From Halioglobus sp. (GTDB taxonomy: Bacteria; Pseudomonadota; Gammaproteobacteria; Pseudomonadales; Halieaceae): a stretch of 47,023 nucleotides of DNA. Positions within the stretch are counted from its first letter, which is position 1, and the number at the start of each line of letters is the position of its first letter. Location: assembly GCA_041307045.1 (NCBI GenBank), contig JBFZEF010000238.1:1-47023 (forward strand), read 5' to 3'. Below are positions 10,403 through 22,510 of this stretch, in pieces. A program made the position numbers and the translations under genes. The notes below the pieces were generated by a model. That model made no database searches. It had not been told where the DNA came from and worked only from the letters and a program-made list of their open reading frames with translations.

Positions 10403-10422
10403 CGCCGGGCCCGGTTTGCAGA

Positions 10423-10806
10423 CTATATCGCGAGGATGGCCTCCACCTCGATATCCACACCCCTGGGGAGGGCCGCGACCTGGACGCAGGCCCGGGCCGG
10501 GTAGGGCGCGCAGAGGAAGCTGGCCATCACCTCGTTGACCGCAGCAAAATGCGCCAGGTCGGTGAGGGAGATATTGATCTTTACTGCGTGGTTGAGGCTT
10601 CCCCCCGCGGCCTCGGCCACCGCCGCCAGGTTGCTGAAAACCTGCCTGGCCTGGGCGCGGATGTCACCCGTTACCAACTCCATGGACCCGGGCACCAGCG
10701 GAATCTGGCCTGACAACCACACGGTGTTGCCGACCTTGATCGCCTGGGAATAAGGACCGATTGCCTCGGGCGCGGCGGGGGTGGAAATGACGGCGCGGTT
10801 GCTCAC
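10423..10806 (-). CDS. ridA: RidA/YjgF family reactive-intermediate deaminase
   Basis: [22 protein letters not shown]...[22 protein letters not shown] place the start at GTG 10806 (AGGAG about 6 nt upstream) rather than the track TTG at 10845, which would overlap spoT. Confidence 0.85.
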   Translation of the reverse strand: MSNRAVISTPAAPEAIGPYSQAIKVGNTVWLSGQIPLVPGSMELVTGDIRAQARQVFSNLAAVAEAAGGSLNHAVKINISLTDLAHFAAVNEVMASFLCAPYPARACVQVAALPRGVDIEVEAILAI

Positions 10807-10841
10807 TTTGCTCTCCTGCGGTAGTGGATTAACGCAATCTT

Positions 10842-12956
10842 TCAATTCTTGATGCGGGTGACCTTGCGCACGGAGTTGATGGCGCGCAGGCGCTTCATGA
10901 TATGGGCCAGGTGCACCCGGTTGCGCACCGGCATCTCCATGTCGACGTAGGTGAACTGGTAGTCCTTGTCCTCGGTGGATATCTTCTCGATGTTCACCCC
11001 CATGCTGTTGATGCGGGTGGCGATCACCGCAATCATGCCCCGGCGGTTTTCGACCTCGATGCGCAATTCCACCGTGTACTCGCCCTCAACCTGCTCGTCC
11101 CAGCGCAGCGCCACCAGACGCTCGCTCTTTTCCCGCATCTCCCCCAGGTTCCTGCAGCGCTCGCGGTGAACCACCACACCCTTTTCGGAGCTGAGGTAGC
11201 CCTCGATGGGGTCGCCCGGGATGGGATGGCAGCAACGGGCGTAATTGACCATAAAGCCCTCCGTGCCGCGAATGGCCACCGGCAGCACCGTGTCTTTCGC
11301 GCTGGCCGGGTCTGCGCCCAGCCCGCCCAGCAACTGCTGGGCGGTGATTGCAGGCAGGCGGTTGCCCCTGGCAATCTGCTCCAGCAGGTCGTCCAGCTGG
11401 GCGTAGTGGTTGCGCGCGAGATAGTCCACCAGCTGGTCGGCCGGCAGCTGGTCGAGGCTCTGGCTGAACGCGGCCAGGGCCCGGTCCAGCAGGCGGCGCC
11501 CCAGTGCGATCGAATCTTCCTTGGTCTGATTCTTGAGAAAGTGGCGAATATTGGTGCGGGCCTTGGCCGACACGGCGTAGTTGAACCAGGAGGGGTTGGG
11601 GGTGGCACCGGGGGCGGTCAGGATTTCCACGGTTTCACCGCTCTGCAGCGGTTCAGACAGGGGCGCGAGGCGACGATTGATCCGGCAGGCCACGCAGCTG
11701 TTGCCGACATCGGTGTGCACCGCGTAGGCGAAATCGACCGCGGTTGCACCCCGGGGCAACTCGAGAATCCTGCCTTTAGGGGTGAATACGTAGATTTCAT
11801 CGGGAAACAGGTCGATCTTGACGTGCTCGATAAACTCCAGGGAGTTGCCGGCCCTCTGCTGCATCTCCAACAGGCCCTGCACCCACTCCCGGGCGCGGGC
11901 ATGGCTGCCATTGGTGGTCTGGCCATCGGTCTTGTACAGCCAGTGCGCGGCGATACCGTTGTTGGCCATGGCCTCCATCTCCCGGGTGCGGATCTGGATT
12001 TCAATCGGAACCCCGTGCATACCCATCAGCACAGTATGCAGCGACTGGTAACCATTGGCCTTGGGAATGGCGATGTAATCCTTGAACTCCCCCGGGACCG
12101 GCTTGTACAGGCTGTGGATACAGCCCAGCACCCGGTAGCAGGTGTCAACCGAGTCCACGACGATGCGAAAGGCGTAGATGTCCATGATCTCGGAGAAGGA
12201 TTTGCGCTTGGACTTCATCTTCTTGTAGATGCTGTAAAGGTGCTTTTCGCGGCCGATCACCTCTACATCGTGCCCCTCCTGGGCCAGGGTGCTCTCGATC
12301 TGATGACGGATCTTGTCGACCAGCTCCTTGCGGTGGCCCCGGGCCCTGCGCAGGGCAGCGTCGATGCGGCGGGCCCGCATGGGGTAGAGTGCGTTGAAGC
12401 CCAGGTCCTCAAACTCCATGCGCACGGTATTCATTCCCAGGCGCATGGCGATAGGGGCGTAGATATCGAGGGTTTCCCGGGCAATGCGGCGGGCCTTGCC
12501 GCTCTGGAGCACCCCGAGGGTGCGCATGTTGTGCAGGCGGTCCGCGAGTTTCACCAGGATAACCCGGATATCGCGGGCCATCGCCAGGGCCATTTTCTGG
12601 AAATTCTCCGCCTGCCTTTCTTCCAGGGTCTCGAATTCCATCTGGGTGAGCTTGCTGACGCCGTCGACCAGCTCGGCTACCGTTGGGCCAAACTGCTTGC
12701 CGATGGCTGACTTGGGTATGCCCGTGTCCTCGATGACATCGTGCAACATGGCCGCCATCAGGCTCTGGTGGTCCATGTGCATGTCGGCGAGGATGCCGGC
12801 AACCGCCAGGGGGTGGGTCACATACTCTTCACCACTGCGTCGAACCTGGCCGAAATGGGCCTGCTCGGCGAAGTAGTAGGCGCGCTTTACGTGGTTGGCC
12901 TGCTCGGGATTGAGATAACTGCGTAGCGTGGAGTCGAGGGCATCAATGGTTTGCAT
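10842..12956 (-). CDS. spoT: bifunctional (p)ppGpp synthetase/hydrolase SpoT
   Basis: 704 aa; HD domain ([31 protein letters not shown]), RelA/SpoT synthetase, TGS and ACT regions; spoT-rpoZ-gmk synteny. Confidence 0.96.
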   Translation of the reverse strand: MQTIDALDSTLRSYLNPEQANHVKRAYYFAEQAHFGQVRRSGEEYVTHPLAVAGILADMHMDHQSLMAAMLHDVIEDTGIPKSAIGKQFGPTVAELVDGVSKLTQMEFETLEERQAENFQKMALAMARDIRVILVKLADRLHNMRTLGVLQSGKARRIARETLDIYAPIAMRLGMNTVRMEFEDLGFNALYPMRARRIDAALRRARGHRKELVDKIRHQIESTLAQEGHDVEVIGREKHLYSIYKKMKSKRKSFSEIMDIYAFRIVVDSVDTCYRVLGCIHSLYKPVPGEFKDYIAIPKANGYQSLHTVLMGMHGVPIEIQIRTREMEAMANNGIAAHWLYKTDGQTTNGSHARAREWVQGLLEMQQRAGNSLEFIEHVKIDLFPDEIYVFTPKGRILELPRGATAVDFAYAVHTDVGNSCVACRINRRLAPLSEPLQSGETVEILTAPGATPNPSWFNYAVSAKARTNIRHFLKNQTKEDSIALGRRLLDRALAAFSQSLDQLPADQLVDYLARNHYAQLDDLLEQIARGNRLPAITAQQLLGGLGADPASAKDTVLPVAIRGTEGFMVNYARCCHPIPGDPIEGYLSSEKGVVVHRERCRNLGEMREKSERLVALRWDEQVEGEYTVELRIEVENRRGMIAVIATRINSMGVNIEKISTEDKDYQFTYVDMEMPVRNRVHLAHIMKRLRAINSVRKVTRIKN

Positions 12957-12987
12957 TGCTGATCAGCGGTCCTGATGCCCCGGAACA

Positions 12988-13248
12988 CTAGAGGGCCTCG
13001 CTGGCCTCCATGACGTCCGCTAGCTCCTGCTCGGCGTCCAGCTCGTCCTCGCGCAGGAGGATGTCGGGGGTGATAAAGCCTTCAGCAATTTCGCGCAGGG
13101 CTATGACGGTGGGCTTGTCTGATTCTTCCTGGACCATAGGGTCCTTGCCGCCGGTCGCCATTTGCCGCGCCCGCTTGCTGGCCACCATGACCAGTTCGAA
13201 ACGGTTCGCGACATGTTCCAGACAATCTTCAACAGTTACACGTGCCAT
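12988..13248 (-). CDS. rpoZ: DNA-directed RNA polymerase subunit omega
   Basis: [29 protein letters not shown]; ATG 13248 lies 16 codons inside the track ORF. Confidence 0.95.
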   Translation of the reverse strand: MARVTVEDCLEHVANRFELVMVASKRARQMATGGKDPMVQEESDKPTVIALREIAEGFITPDILLREDELDAEQELADVMEASEAL

Positions 13249-13361
13249 TACCTGATACTTCCCATAGTAAATTTGCCGAAGGCGGCGGAACCGCAAATTA
13301 TACCCCTAACCCCCCAGGGGGCGTCCAGAGTGAATTATGCCCGCCCCGGCCCGGCGCGGTG

Positions 13362-14012
<651 letters not shown>

Positions 14013-14879
14013 TTATTCAATGTTCTGGATCTGCTCGCGCATCTGCTCGATAAGAACCTTGAGTTCCACCGACTGTTGGGTGGTACTGCTCGCGATTGAC
14101 TTCGAAGACAGGGTATTGGCCTCGCGGTTCAGCTCCTGCATCAGGAAGTCCAGCCGCCTGCCGCACGGCCCGCCTGTTTCCAGTGTCCGGCGCACCTCGG
14201 CGGCGTGGGCATCAAGTCGATCCAGCTCCTCGTCCACATCCGCTTTTTGCGCCAGGTGTACCAGCTCCTGCTCCAGTCGGTCGCGGTCGACCTGTATCTC
14301 CAGTTCCGCTATGCGCGCGGTGATTCGGTCTCGCTGTTGCTGCAACAGGGTCGGCAGCAGCTTGCGGGTCGCCGCCACCGCGGTTTCCACCTGCTGCAGC
14401 CGTTCCAGTACCAGGCCCGCCAGTTTTTCGCCCTCGCGCTGGCGTGCTGTCAGCAGGTTGTCCATGGTCGCGCGGAACAGGTTTTCTGCGGATTTTTGCA
14501 GTTCCTCTTCGAAATTGTCATCTGCGGCGCAGATGCCGGGAAATTGCAACACGTCCAATGCGCTGGGCGGGCGCACCCCGGGCATTCGCTGGCTGATGAT
14601 ATCTGCTGCCGCCACCAGCTGTTCGAGCCGCTCGGCGTTGATCCTCAGCGCGCTGTCGCCCGAGGGATGACCCTGCAGGCGCATCAGGCAGTCGAGCTTG
14701 CCCCTGTTCATTGCGGACCCCGCCAGTGTTCGCAGGCGATGTTCCAGGGATCGCAGGGCGTCGGGCAGCTTGAAGCTGCAATCCAGGTAGCGGTGGTTTA
14801 CCGAGCGCAATTCGACCGTGAGGATGCCATGGCCGGTAGCCAGGCTCTCGCGGGCAAAGGCGGTCATGCTGTGAATCAT
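14013..14879 (-). CDS. yicC: YicC/YloC family protein (stress-induced, endoribonuclease-like)
   Basis: MIHSMTAFARE N-terminus, C-terminal ELNREANTLSSKS...IEQMREQIQNIE; 288 aa. Confidence 0.9.
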   Translation of the reverse strand: MIHSMTAFARESLATGHGILTVELRSVNHRYLDCSFKLPDALRSLEHRLRTLAGSAMNRGKLDCLMRLQGHPSGDSALRINAERLEQLVAAADIISQRMPGVRPPSALDVLQFPGICAADDNFEEELQKSAENLFRATMDNLLTARQREGEKLAGLVLERLQQVETAVAATRKLLPTLLQQQRDRITARIAELEIQVDRDRLEQELVHLAQKADVDEELDRLDAHAAEVRRTLETGGPCGRRLDFLMQELNREANTLSSKSIASSTTQQSVELKVLIEQMREQIQNIE

Positions 14880-15038
14880 TCGGTCATCCGGGTGAAATTT
14901 CGAGCGCGTTGAGTGTACCAGCTTGTCTACGGGGCTTACAGTTCAGCCCGGCCCTGCGCGGCGGTATGCAAGGTATTTTGCCCCCTCCGCGATGCGCTCT
15001 GGCGTATACTCCGGACGTCAATCCAGCGGAGCCAGTCC

Positions 15039-15758
15039 ATGCAACGACCCAGTGGCCGCAAGCCATCACAACTGAGGGAAATCACCATCACCCGCAACTA
15101 CACCCGCCACGCCGAGGGTTCCGTGTTGATCGGGTTTGGCGATACCAGGGTGATCTGCACTGCCTCGGTGGAGCAGGGCGTACCCCGCTTTATGCGCGGC
15201 AAGGGGCGCGGCTGGGTGACCGCGGAGTATGGCATGTTGCCGCGCTCCACCGGCACCCGCATGGCGCGGGAGGCGAGCCAGGGCAAACAGGGAGGGCGCA
15301 CGGTCGAAATCCAGCGGCTGATCGGGCGTTCGCTGCGTTCGGCGGTCGACCTGTCCAAGCTGGGGGAGTACACCATTAATGTGGACTGCGACGTCATCCA
15401 GGCCGATGGCGGGACGCGCACCGCGGCCATCACCGGGGCTTGTGTCGCGCTGGTGGACGCCATCAACCACCTCCAGCGCCAAAAGCTGATCATCCAGGAC
15501 CCGCTGCTGCAGATGGTCGCGTCGGTGTCCGTCGGTGTGTACCAGGGCCTGCCCGTGCTGGACCTGGATTACCCCGAGGATTCGGCCGCGGATACGGATA
15601 TGAATGTCGTAATGGGGGAGTCAGGCGGTTTTATCGAGGTGCAGGGCACCGCCGAAGGTGCGCCGTTCGCGCGGGACCAGCTCAACCTCATGCTGGACCT
15701 GGCGGCGCAGGGCATCAGCGAGTTGATCGCCATGCAGAAGGCCGCGCTGGCGGGTTGA
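15039..15758 (+). CDS. rph: ribonuclease PH
   Basis: From [31 protein letters not shown]...; ATG 15039 is in frame within the longer track ORF. Confidence 0.95.
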   Translation: MQRPSGRKPSQLREITITRNYTRHAEGSVLIGFGDTRVICTASVEQGVPRFMRGKGRGWVTAEYGMLPRSTGTRMAREASQGKQGGRTVEIQRLIGRSLRSAVDLSKLGEYTINVDCDVIQADGGTRTAAITGACVALVDAINHLQRQKLIIQDPLLQMVASVSVGVYQGLPVLDLDYPEDSAADTDMNVVMGESGGFIEVQGTAEGAPFARDQLNLMLDLAAQGISELIAMQKAALAG

Positions 15759-15776
15759 GTGCACGGCGAAAGGCGC

Positions 15777-16541
15777 CTAGATCTCGATATCGTAGTCCAT
15801 GATGATAGGCGCGTGGGTGGAGAATTCCTTTATCTTGTAAATGGCGCCATAGTCCACCGTGTACTGCAGACCCTTTGAAATGACGTGAAAATCCGAACGC
15901 CAGCCGTTACTCGCGCGCCCACCATCGGGCCACCAGCGGAATTCGTCCTGGTCCGAATTGATTTCCCGGAAAGCGTCGATATAGCCTGACGCGAAGAGTT
16001 CATTGATCCACTGGCGCTCCTCGGTCAGGAAGCCGGGAGAGTTGCTGTTTTGCTCGGTGTTCTGTACATCGGCGGCGGTGTGCGCAAGCTGCCAGTTGCC
16101 GCAGATAATGAACTCCCGGCGCTTGTTGCGCACCTTCTGCAGATGACCACCCAGTTGCTCGTAGAAGGCCAGTTTATGCGCCAGCTGGTCGGCGTTGCCG
16201 GGCTCGGCGAACGGCGCCAGCAGGCAACCGACACTCAGGTTTTCATAATCGGCCTGGATATAGCGTCCCTCCATGTCGAAATCCGCAAACCCCAGCCCCG
16301 TCATGATAGCCTTGGGCAGCTTCCTGCAGTAAATGGCAACGCCATTGGCCTTGCCATCGATGTCGTCGAGGAAGTAGGCATTGTAGTCAACGGGAAAGTA
16401 TTTCTTGTCCTGCAGGTCGTACTCCGAACAGCGCAGGTCCTGGATACAAACAAAGTCGGCATCCTGCTCACTCAGCCAGTCGTAAAATCCCTTTTTCGCG
16501 GCATTTATGATGCCGTCAGCACTGAAACTGATGATTCTCAT
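15777..16541 (-). CDS. crc: exonuclease III-fold (EEP) protein, probable catabolite repression control protein Crc
   Basis: MRIISFSADG..CIQDLR..GLGFADFDMEGRYIQADY..NKRREFIICG..PGFLTEERQWINELF..FRWWPD..STHAPIIMDYD parallels P. aeruginosa Crc. It lies between rph and pyrE as crc does. ExoIII catalytic residues are replaced (see finding). EEP fold is confident; the Crc assignment is less so. Confidence 0.65.
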   Translation of the reverse strand: MRIISFSADGIINAAKKGFYDWLSEQDADFVCIQDLRCSEYDLQDKKYFPVDYNAYFLDDIDGKANGVAIYCRKLPKAIMTGLGFADFDMEGRYIQADYENLSVGCLLAPFAEPGNADQLAHKLAFYEQLGGHLQKVRNKRREFIICGNWQLAHTAADVQNTEQNSNSPGFLTEERQWINELFASGYIDAFREINSDQDEFRWWPDGGRASNGWRSDFHVISKGLQYTVDYGAIYKIKEFSTHAPIIMDYDIEI

Positions 16542-16796
16542 TCGTGACTCCTGGCGATGAGAGCGTGTATGATGGCACACCCCGGGCCGACAGGATGACA
16601 AGCCTGCCGGGCCCGGGGTCCGTGCACAAATCCAGCATGAAATATGCCAGGCAATGCCGCTATTGCTTGTGGTGGCTGCTGCCGAGGGGGTTGTCCCGGG
16701 CAGGGCTGGTTATGGCGCGGACATTTCCAGGTGTGCAGGCATTTTATATGGTGATTTTGCACAATACAAAGCCTGATACAAGGACACGGCATCGAT

Positions 16797-17441
16797 ATGC
16801 AACCCTACCAGACTGACTTCATCGAGCTGGCGCGCCGCCACGAGGTGCTCAAGTTCGGTGAATTCACCCTCAAATCGGGCAGGGTCAGTCCCTACTTTTT
16901 CAACGCGGGGGCATTCTGTACCGGGGCGGCGCTGGCAGAGCTGGGGCGTTGCTATGCCAGCAGAATTGTCGAATCGGGCCTGCAATTTGATGTGCTGCTG
17001 GGCCCTGCGTACAAGGGAATTCCGCTGGCCACGACCACTGCGGTAGCGCTGGCCGATCAACACGGCATGGATATCCCGATCGCTTATAACCGCAAGGAGG
17101 CCAAGAGCCACGGTGAGGGCGGTGTGCTGGTAGGCGCACCCTTGCAGGGCCGGGTGCTTGTTATCGATGATGTCATCACCGCGGGGACGGCGGTTCGCGA
17201 GGTGATCGCCATGATCACCTCGGCGGGCGCCGAGCTGGCGGGAGTCGTGGTGGGCCTCAACCGCCAGGAGCGCGGGGCGGGCGCCCTGTCGGCGATCCAG
17301 GAACTCGAGCAGGCTCATGGGGCCCCTGTGCTCAGTATCATCGATATGGATCACATCATCAGCTACCTTGAGGCGGGCGGTGCGGACATGCAGCCGTCCC
17401 TCGAAGCGATGAAGCAATACAGGCGCAAGTACGGAGTTTGA
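16797..17441 (+). CDS. pyrE: orotate phosphoribosyltransferase
   Basis: [21 protein letters not shown] and the PRPP-binding loop [13 protein letters not shown]. Confidence 0.95.
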   Translation: MQPYQTDFIELARRHEVLKFGEFTLKSGRVSPYFFNAGAFCTGAALAELGRCYASRIVESGLQFDVLLGPAYKGIPLATTTAVALADQHGMDIPIAYNRKEAKSHGEGGVLVGAPLQGRVLVIDDVITAGTAVREVIAMITSAGAELAGVVVGLNRQERGAGALSAIQELEQAHGAPVLSIIDMDHIISYLEAGGADMQPSLEAMKQYRRKYGV

Positions 17442-17477
17442 CTTGTGGGCAGCAGAACCACACCCTATATTAGGCAC

Positions 17478-18203
17478 ATGCCGACCAGAACTCACTTCAC
17501 ATGCGCTGTTTTCGCCGCGACCCTGTTGCTGGCGCCAACGGCGTTGTTGGCCCAGGCCGGAAACCTCTACCGCTATACCAATACCGATGGCGTTACCGTG
17601 GTGGACTACCAGGTGCCCTCCGATTATGTCGGCAAGGGTTACGAAGTCCTCAACGCCGACGGCATGGTCATCCAGGTGGTGCCCCGCGAGCTCACCGAAG
17701 AAGAGAAAAAGGTTCGCAATGCCCAGCAGGAGCTGGAAGCGGCGGCCACTGCTGAGGAGCAGCGCCTGCGGGAGTGGGATGAGTCCCTGTTATTGCGTTA
17801 CAGCACCGTGGCGGACATCGAAGCAGCCCGGGAGCGGGCCCTGCGCGATTTGCGTATCCGCCTGAGTATCCTCAAGGGTAACAAGCGGTCGCTGAAGCAG
17901 CAGGCGGAAAATTACCAGGCCCAGGCGGCGGATATGGAGCGGAGCGGGCAGCAGGTTGACGTGGCCCGCCTTGGTGCTATCGAGAACATCCAGAAAGAAA
18001 TTGAGACCACGGACCGCGCAATTGACGACCGGGCAAAGGAGATAGAGGAAGTTTCCGCCGCTTTCCAGCAGGATATCGAGCGCTTTGAAATGCTGCTCGA
18101 GGTCGTGGAACTGCGCCAGACCCTGCGCGCCCGGCAGCAGGCAGAGCAGGAGGAGCGCGCCAGGGAAGCTGCCGCTGAGGCCAAGCGCGCCGCTCTCAAC
18201 TAG
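17478..18203 (+). CDS. DUF4124-like exported coiled-coil protein
   Basis: Signal-like N-terminus ([16 protein letters not shown]), [17 protein letters not shown] motif typical of DUF4124, then Glu/Arg/Ala-rich coiled coil. ATG 17478 preferred to the track GTG at 17445. Confidence 0.6.
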   Translation: MPTRTHFTCAVFAATLLLAPTALLAQAGNLYRYTNTDGVTVVDYQVPSDYVGKGYEVLNADGMVIQVVPRELTEEEKKVRNAQQELEAAATAEEQRLREWDESLLLRYSTVADIEAARERALRDLRIRLSILKGNKRSLKQQAENYQAQAADMERSGQQVDVARLGAIENIQKEIETTDRAIDDRAKEIEEVSAAFQQDIERFEMLLEVVELRQTLRARQQAEQEERAREAAAEAKRAALN

Positions 18204-18831
18204 CAAGTGAGCTGGCCTGTCCGGAAACGGGCTGGCTGACGGCCTCCCGGAAGAAGCCCTGCATTATCAGCCCCCACTGCTGGGGCCAGTCCGCGGTTGG
18301 TGAGCGCTGGAAGCCACTGCGCACATACTGGGAAATGCGACCCTCGGCGGTCGCCATCAACAGGTTTGCAGCGGCCGCCAGGGGAATAGCGGGCCGCAAT
18401 CCCTCGCGCATTTCGGCTTCCCGCAGCACCTGCTTCAACTGGGTTTCGAAACGATCGAACAGCTGCGCCACTCGCAGGCGCAGGCGCTCGGTCTCACCCG
18501 CTAGCGCATCGCCGGTCAATATCCGGGTAATCCCCGGGTTGCGGTCGGCGAAGGTCAGCAGCAGCGCCAACATTTTTTCGCAACGCACCTGCGCGGTGCG
18601 CTCTTCGTTGAGGATAATCTTGATGCGGCTGAACAGGGTCTCTTCTATGAACTCTATGAGACCTTCGAACATTTTTGACTTGCTGGGAAAATGCCGGTAC
18701 AGGGCAGCTTCTGAAACCCCGACCTGGCGGGCCAGGCCTGCGGTGGTGATGCGGTTGCCCGGGTTGGCTTCCAGCATCTGGGCAAGGGCTTCCAGGATTT
18801 GCTGACGCCGTTGGGTTTTTCTGGGGGGCAT
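18196..18831 (-). CDS. slmA: nucleoid occlusion factor SlmA (TetR family)
   Basis: [14 protein letters not shown]...[36 protein letters not shown] is the SlmA-type HTH; position next to pyrE/argB. Confidence 0.85.
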   Translation of the reverse strand: MPPRKTQRRQQILEALAQMLEANPGNRITTAGLARQVGVSEAALYRHFPSKSKMFEGLIEFIEETLFSRIKIILNEERTAQVRCEKMLALLLTFADRNPGITRILTGDALAGETERLRLRVAQLFDRFETQLKQVLREAEMREGLRPAIPLAAAANLLMATAEGRISQYVRSGFQRSPTADWPQQWGLIMQGFFREAVSQPVSGQASSLAS

Positions 18832-18934
18832 GGCAGTCCACAGTGTGTCGCGTATCGGGCAATGCTAGCGATTACCCGCCATGCCTGCAATAAGTCTGTG
18901 TGCCATGAGCTGAGATTTTTGTCTTCGGGGCGAA

Positions 18935-19885
<951 letters not shown>

Positions 19886-22510
19886 TTAAAAATTGAGTTC
19901 CAGGTCAGGTTCGACCAGGGAGATCTGGGCGCGGAATTCCGCCATGATGGTATCCAGCGACTCACGGCTATCTGCTTCAAAGCGGGCTGTCAGTGCCGGA
20001 CTGGTATTGGAGGCGCGCACCAGGCCCCAGCCGTCGATGAAGTCTACCCTGATGCCGTCCATGGTATTGATTTTCCCGCCGGAGAAGTCGCAGTTGCGGA
20101 CAATCTTGTCCATCAGTGCGAACTTATAGTTCTCCGCAACCGGGATGAGAATTTCAGGTGTATTCACGGTAGCGGGAAACTCGGCAATGGCCGCATCGAG
20201 GCTGTCGCCATGGGTGCTGAGGATCTCTGCCAGCCGCGCCGCCGCGTACATGCCGTCATCGAAGCCGTACCAGCGCTCACCGAAGAACATATGCCCGGAG
20301 AACTCACCGCCAAGCAGCGCGCCGGTTTCCGCCATTTTTTCCTTCATGAAGGCGTGGCCTGTCTTCCACAGTACCGGGCGGCCACCATAGCGGGTTATCA
20401 ACTGGGTCAGGTTGCGACTGCATTTGACGTCGAACACCACGTCCGCCCCGGGGTTGCGTGATACCACATCCTTGGCAAAGATCATCAGCAGCACATCAGA
20501 GCGGACGATTCGACCGCTGGAAGTCACCACTGCAAGCCGATCCCCGTCGCCGTCGAATGCCACCCCGAAGTCGGCCTCCTCGCGCTGCACGGCCGCGACC
20601 AGGTCCGCCAGGTTGTCCTCGTCGCTGGTGTCCGGTGGGTGATGGGGAAAATTGCCGTCCACCTCGCAGTACAGTGGCACCACCTCGCAGCCCAGGTGCT
20701 CAAACAGCTGCGGGGCGATAGCGCCGGTTACGCCATTACCGGCGTCAATCACAATCTTCAGGGGCACGCCAATGGCGATGTCACTCATCAACTCGTCGGT
20801 ATAGTCTGCGACGACATTCTCGCGAATCATGCGCCCGCTGCCGGTACTGAACCTGTTCTCGATCACCCGCTCCTGGATCTGCTGAATGCCACCGGCCGCA
20901 ATGGTTTTCTGGTTCAGCACAATCTTCATGCCATTGTCGTCGCCCGGGTTATGGCTGCCGGTAATCATGATGCCCGACCGGCAATTGAGATGACGGGTGG
21001 CGAAGTACAACAGGGGTGTCGGTACCTGGCCTATATCGATGACGTCCCGGCCGCTTTCCATCAACGCCTTGACCAGGGTCGACTTGATGCGCGGGCTGGA
21101 CTTCCTGCCGTCGCAGGCGACAATGAGGGTCTGCTCATCTATTTCCCCGGCGATAGAGCCCACGGCCTTGCCGATGCGGGCGACCATCTCGTCGGTGAGT
21201 TCCGATTTGGCATTGCCGCGAATGTCGTAGGCCCGGAAGATGTGGTGCGGAAAGCCGCCGATTCTGACTGCCGGGCGGCCCGGAGCCTGATCGCCTCGGG
21301 TCAGGTTCAGGTCCAGATCCGTGCCATCCGCATTGTCATCATCGAGAATACTGCCGGATTGGAACATGGGGTTGGTCAGTTCGCTGCTGTCGCGGTGCAG
21401 GATCTCCACCTTGGGTTGCGGTATGTCGGTCAGCGACCCTGCGCCGCTCTGGCGCAGGGAACGCAGCGTGGCCCGCCGCAATTGCTTGGCAATGGACACC
21501 AGGCCGGGAATATTCAGCTCGAGGGGCGATTTGACGTCGGCCGCGGAAATAACCTTGTTGAGCTGGGAGTCCAGCGTCCGGGTGAACTGCAGCGCAATGA
21601 AAACCGCCGCACCGATCGCGGCCAGAACACACAGTGCCAGAACCCAGAACAGCGGTGCCCGGCTGACGGTCAATTCTGTGAGCAGGGCCTGGGCGGGGGT
21701 GAAGGCCAGTTGCCAGTTGCTGTCGGGAATACTGACGGTCCGGGTGTAGTCTTCGCCGTCTCCGCTGCCGGACTGGGCGATAGTGTCCTTGCGCTGGACA
21801 CCTGCGGAGTTGGTGAAGACCTGCTCCAGGGAAAACTTGCCAACTTTCGGGTCCACGGGCTTGAGCTGATCAACCAGCAGCTGGTTGTCCAGGGTAGCTA
21901 TTATTACTGCCTGGCTGGCGCTGTCCCGCGGGTGGGTCACTAGCGCAGCCAGCGAAGTCAACCAGCGACCTTCGAACTGGTAGGCTTCGGGCAGGGTCGG
22001 ATCCCCTTTGCCCGCGCGGCGCACCAGGTCCACCTCTATATGGTTGCGCAGGCCCTGGCTACCACCCTCGAAATCGGCCGTGCCCATTTCGCCCATGGGG
22101 ATTATCCGCAGGCTGATCACCTCGGGGAAATAATCCAGCATCGCCTGCTCTACCAGGCCGATGTCTGCGTCGGATTGACTGGCGATGGCCGACACGGCGA
22201 GGGGCGATCGGGCTGCTCCCTCCATGCGGGTCCTCAGGTTAGAGATCAGGCGTTGCACACTGGTGGCCTGCTGGACAGCATATGAACTCGCCACCCGGTC
22301 GATCTGCGTCCGCTGCAGGTTTGGCTCCCGCAGCATCGCAAGGTAGGCGAAACCCAGCAGCATCAGCCCCAGCAATACCAGCAGCGCCACGCCAGCTATC
22401 TGGTAGAGAGCGTTGCCCCTGGCGGTAATGCCCTGCGGATTGCTCGCGCGCGCAGAGGGCTTGCCCGGGTCCGGTGCGGCTTTACCTTTCTTTAGCTTTA
22501 ATTTGAACAT
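19886..22510 (-). CDS. algC: phosphomannomutase/phosphoglucomutase (AlgC-type) with ~420-aa membrane-spanning N-terminal extension
   Basis: The C-terminal ~450 aa align with AlgC in my memory (IFRAYDIRG, TGSHNPGDDNG, GFAFDGDGDR-like VAFDGDGDR, GWGLVRASNTSP). The N-terminal part has two hydrophobic helices and no in-frame stop. Confidence 0.85.
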   Translation of the reverse strand: MFKLKLKKGKAAPDPGKPSARASNPQGITARGNALYQIAGVALLVLLGLMLLGFAYLAMLREPNLQRTQIDRVASSYAVQQATSVQRLISNLRTRMEGAARSPLAVSAIASQSDADIGLVEQAMLDYFPEVISLRIIPMGEMGTADFEGGSQGLRNHIEVDLVRRAGKGDPTLPEAYQFEGRWLTSLAALVTHPRDSASQAVIIATLDNQLLVDQLKPVDPKVGKFSLEQVFTNSAGVQRKDTIAQSGSGDGEDYTRTVSIPDSNWQLAFTPAQALLTELTVSRAPLFWVLALCVLAAIGAAVFIALQFTRTLDSQLNKVISAADVKSPLELNIPGLVSIAKQLRRATLRSLRQSGAGSLTDIPQPKVEILHRDSSELTNPMFQSGSILDDDNADGTDLDLNLTRGDQAPGRPAVRIGGFPHHIFRAYDIRGNAKSELTDEMVARIGKAVGSIAGEIDEQTLIVACDGRKSSPRIKSTLVKALMESGRDVIDIGQVPTPLLYFATRHLNCRSGIMITGSHNPGDDNGMKIVLNQKTIAAGGIQQIQERVIENRFSTGSGRMIRENVVADYTDELMSDIAIGVPLKIVIDAGNGVTGAIAPQLFEHLGCEVVPLYCEVDGNFPHHPPDTSDEDNLADLVAAVQREEADFGVAFDGDGDRLAVVTSSGRIVRSDVLLMIFAKDVVSRNPGADVVFDVKCSRNLTQLITRYGGRPVLWKTGHAFMKEKMAETGALLGGEFSGHMFFGERWYGFDDGMYAAARLAEILSTHGDSLDAAIAEFPATVNTPEILIPVAENYKFALMDKIVRNCDFSGGKINTMDGIRVDFIDGWGLVRASNTSPALTARFEADSRESLDTIMAEFRAQISLVEPDLELNF

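Noticed and set aside
10902-12710. 602-aa plus-strand ORF
   Set aside because: It is antisense to spoT, contains no recognisable motifs, and is a high-GC shadow ORF.
15777-16541. Plain annotation as active exodeoxyribonuclease III (xthA)
   Set aside because: Key ExoIII catalytic positions are substituted, and both sequence blocks and the rph/pyrE context match Crc better. I kept it as an EEP-fold, probable Crc.
20639-21943. 434-aa plus-strand ORF
   Set aside because: It is antisense to algC, including its well-conserved catalytic domains.
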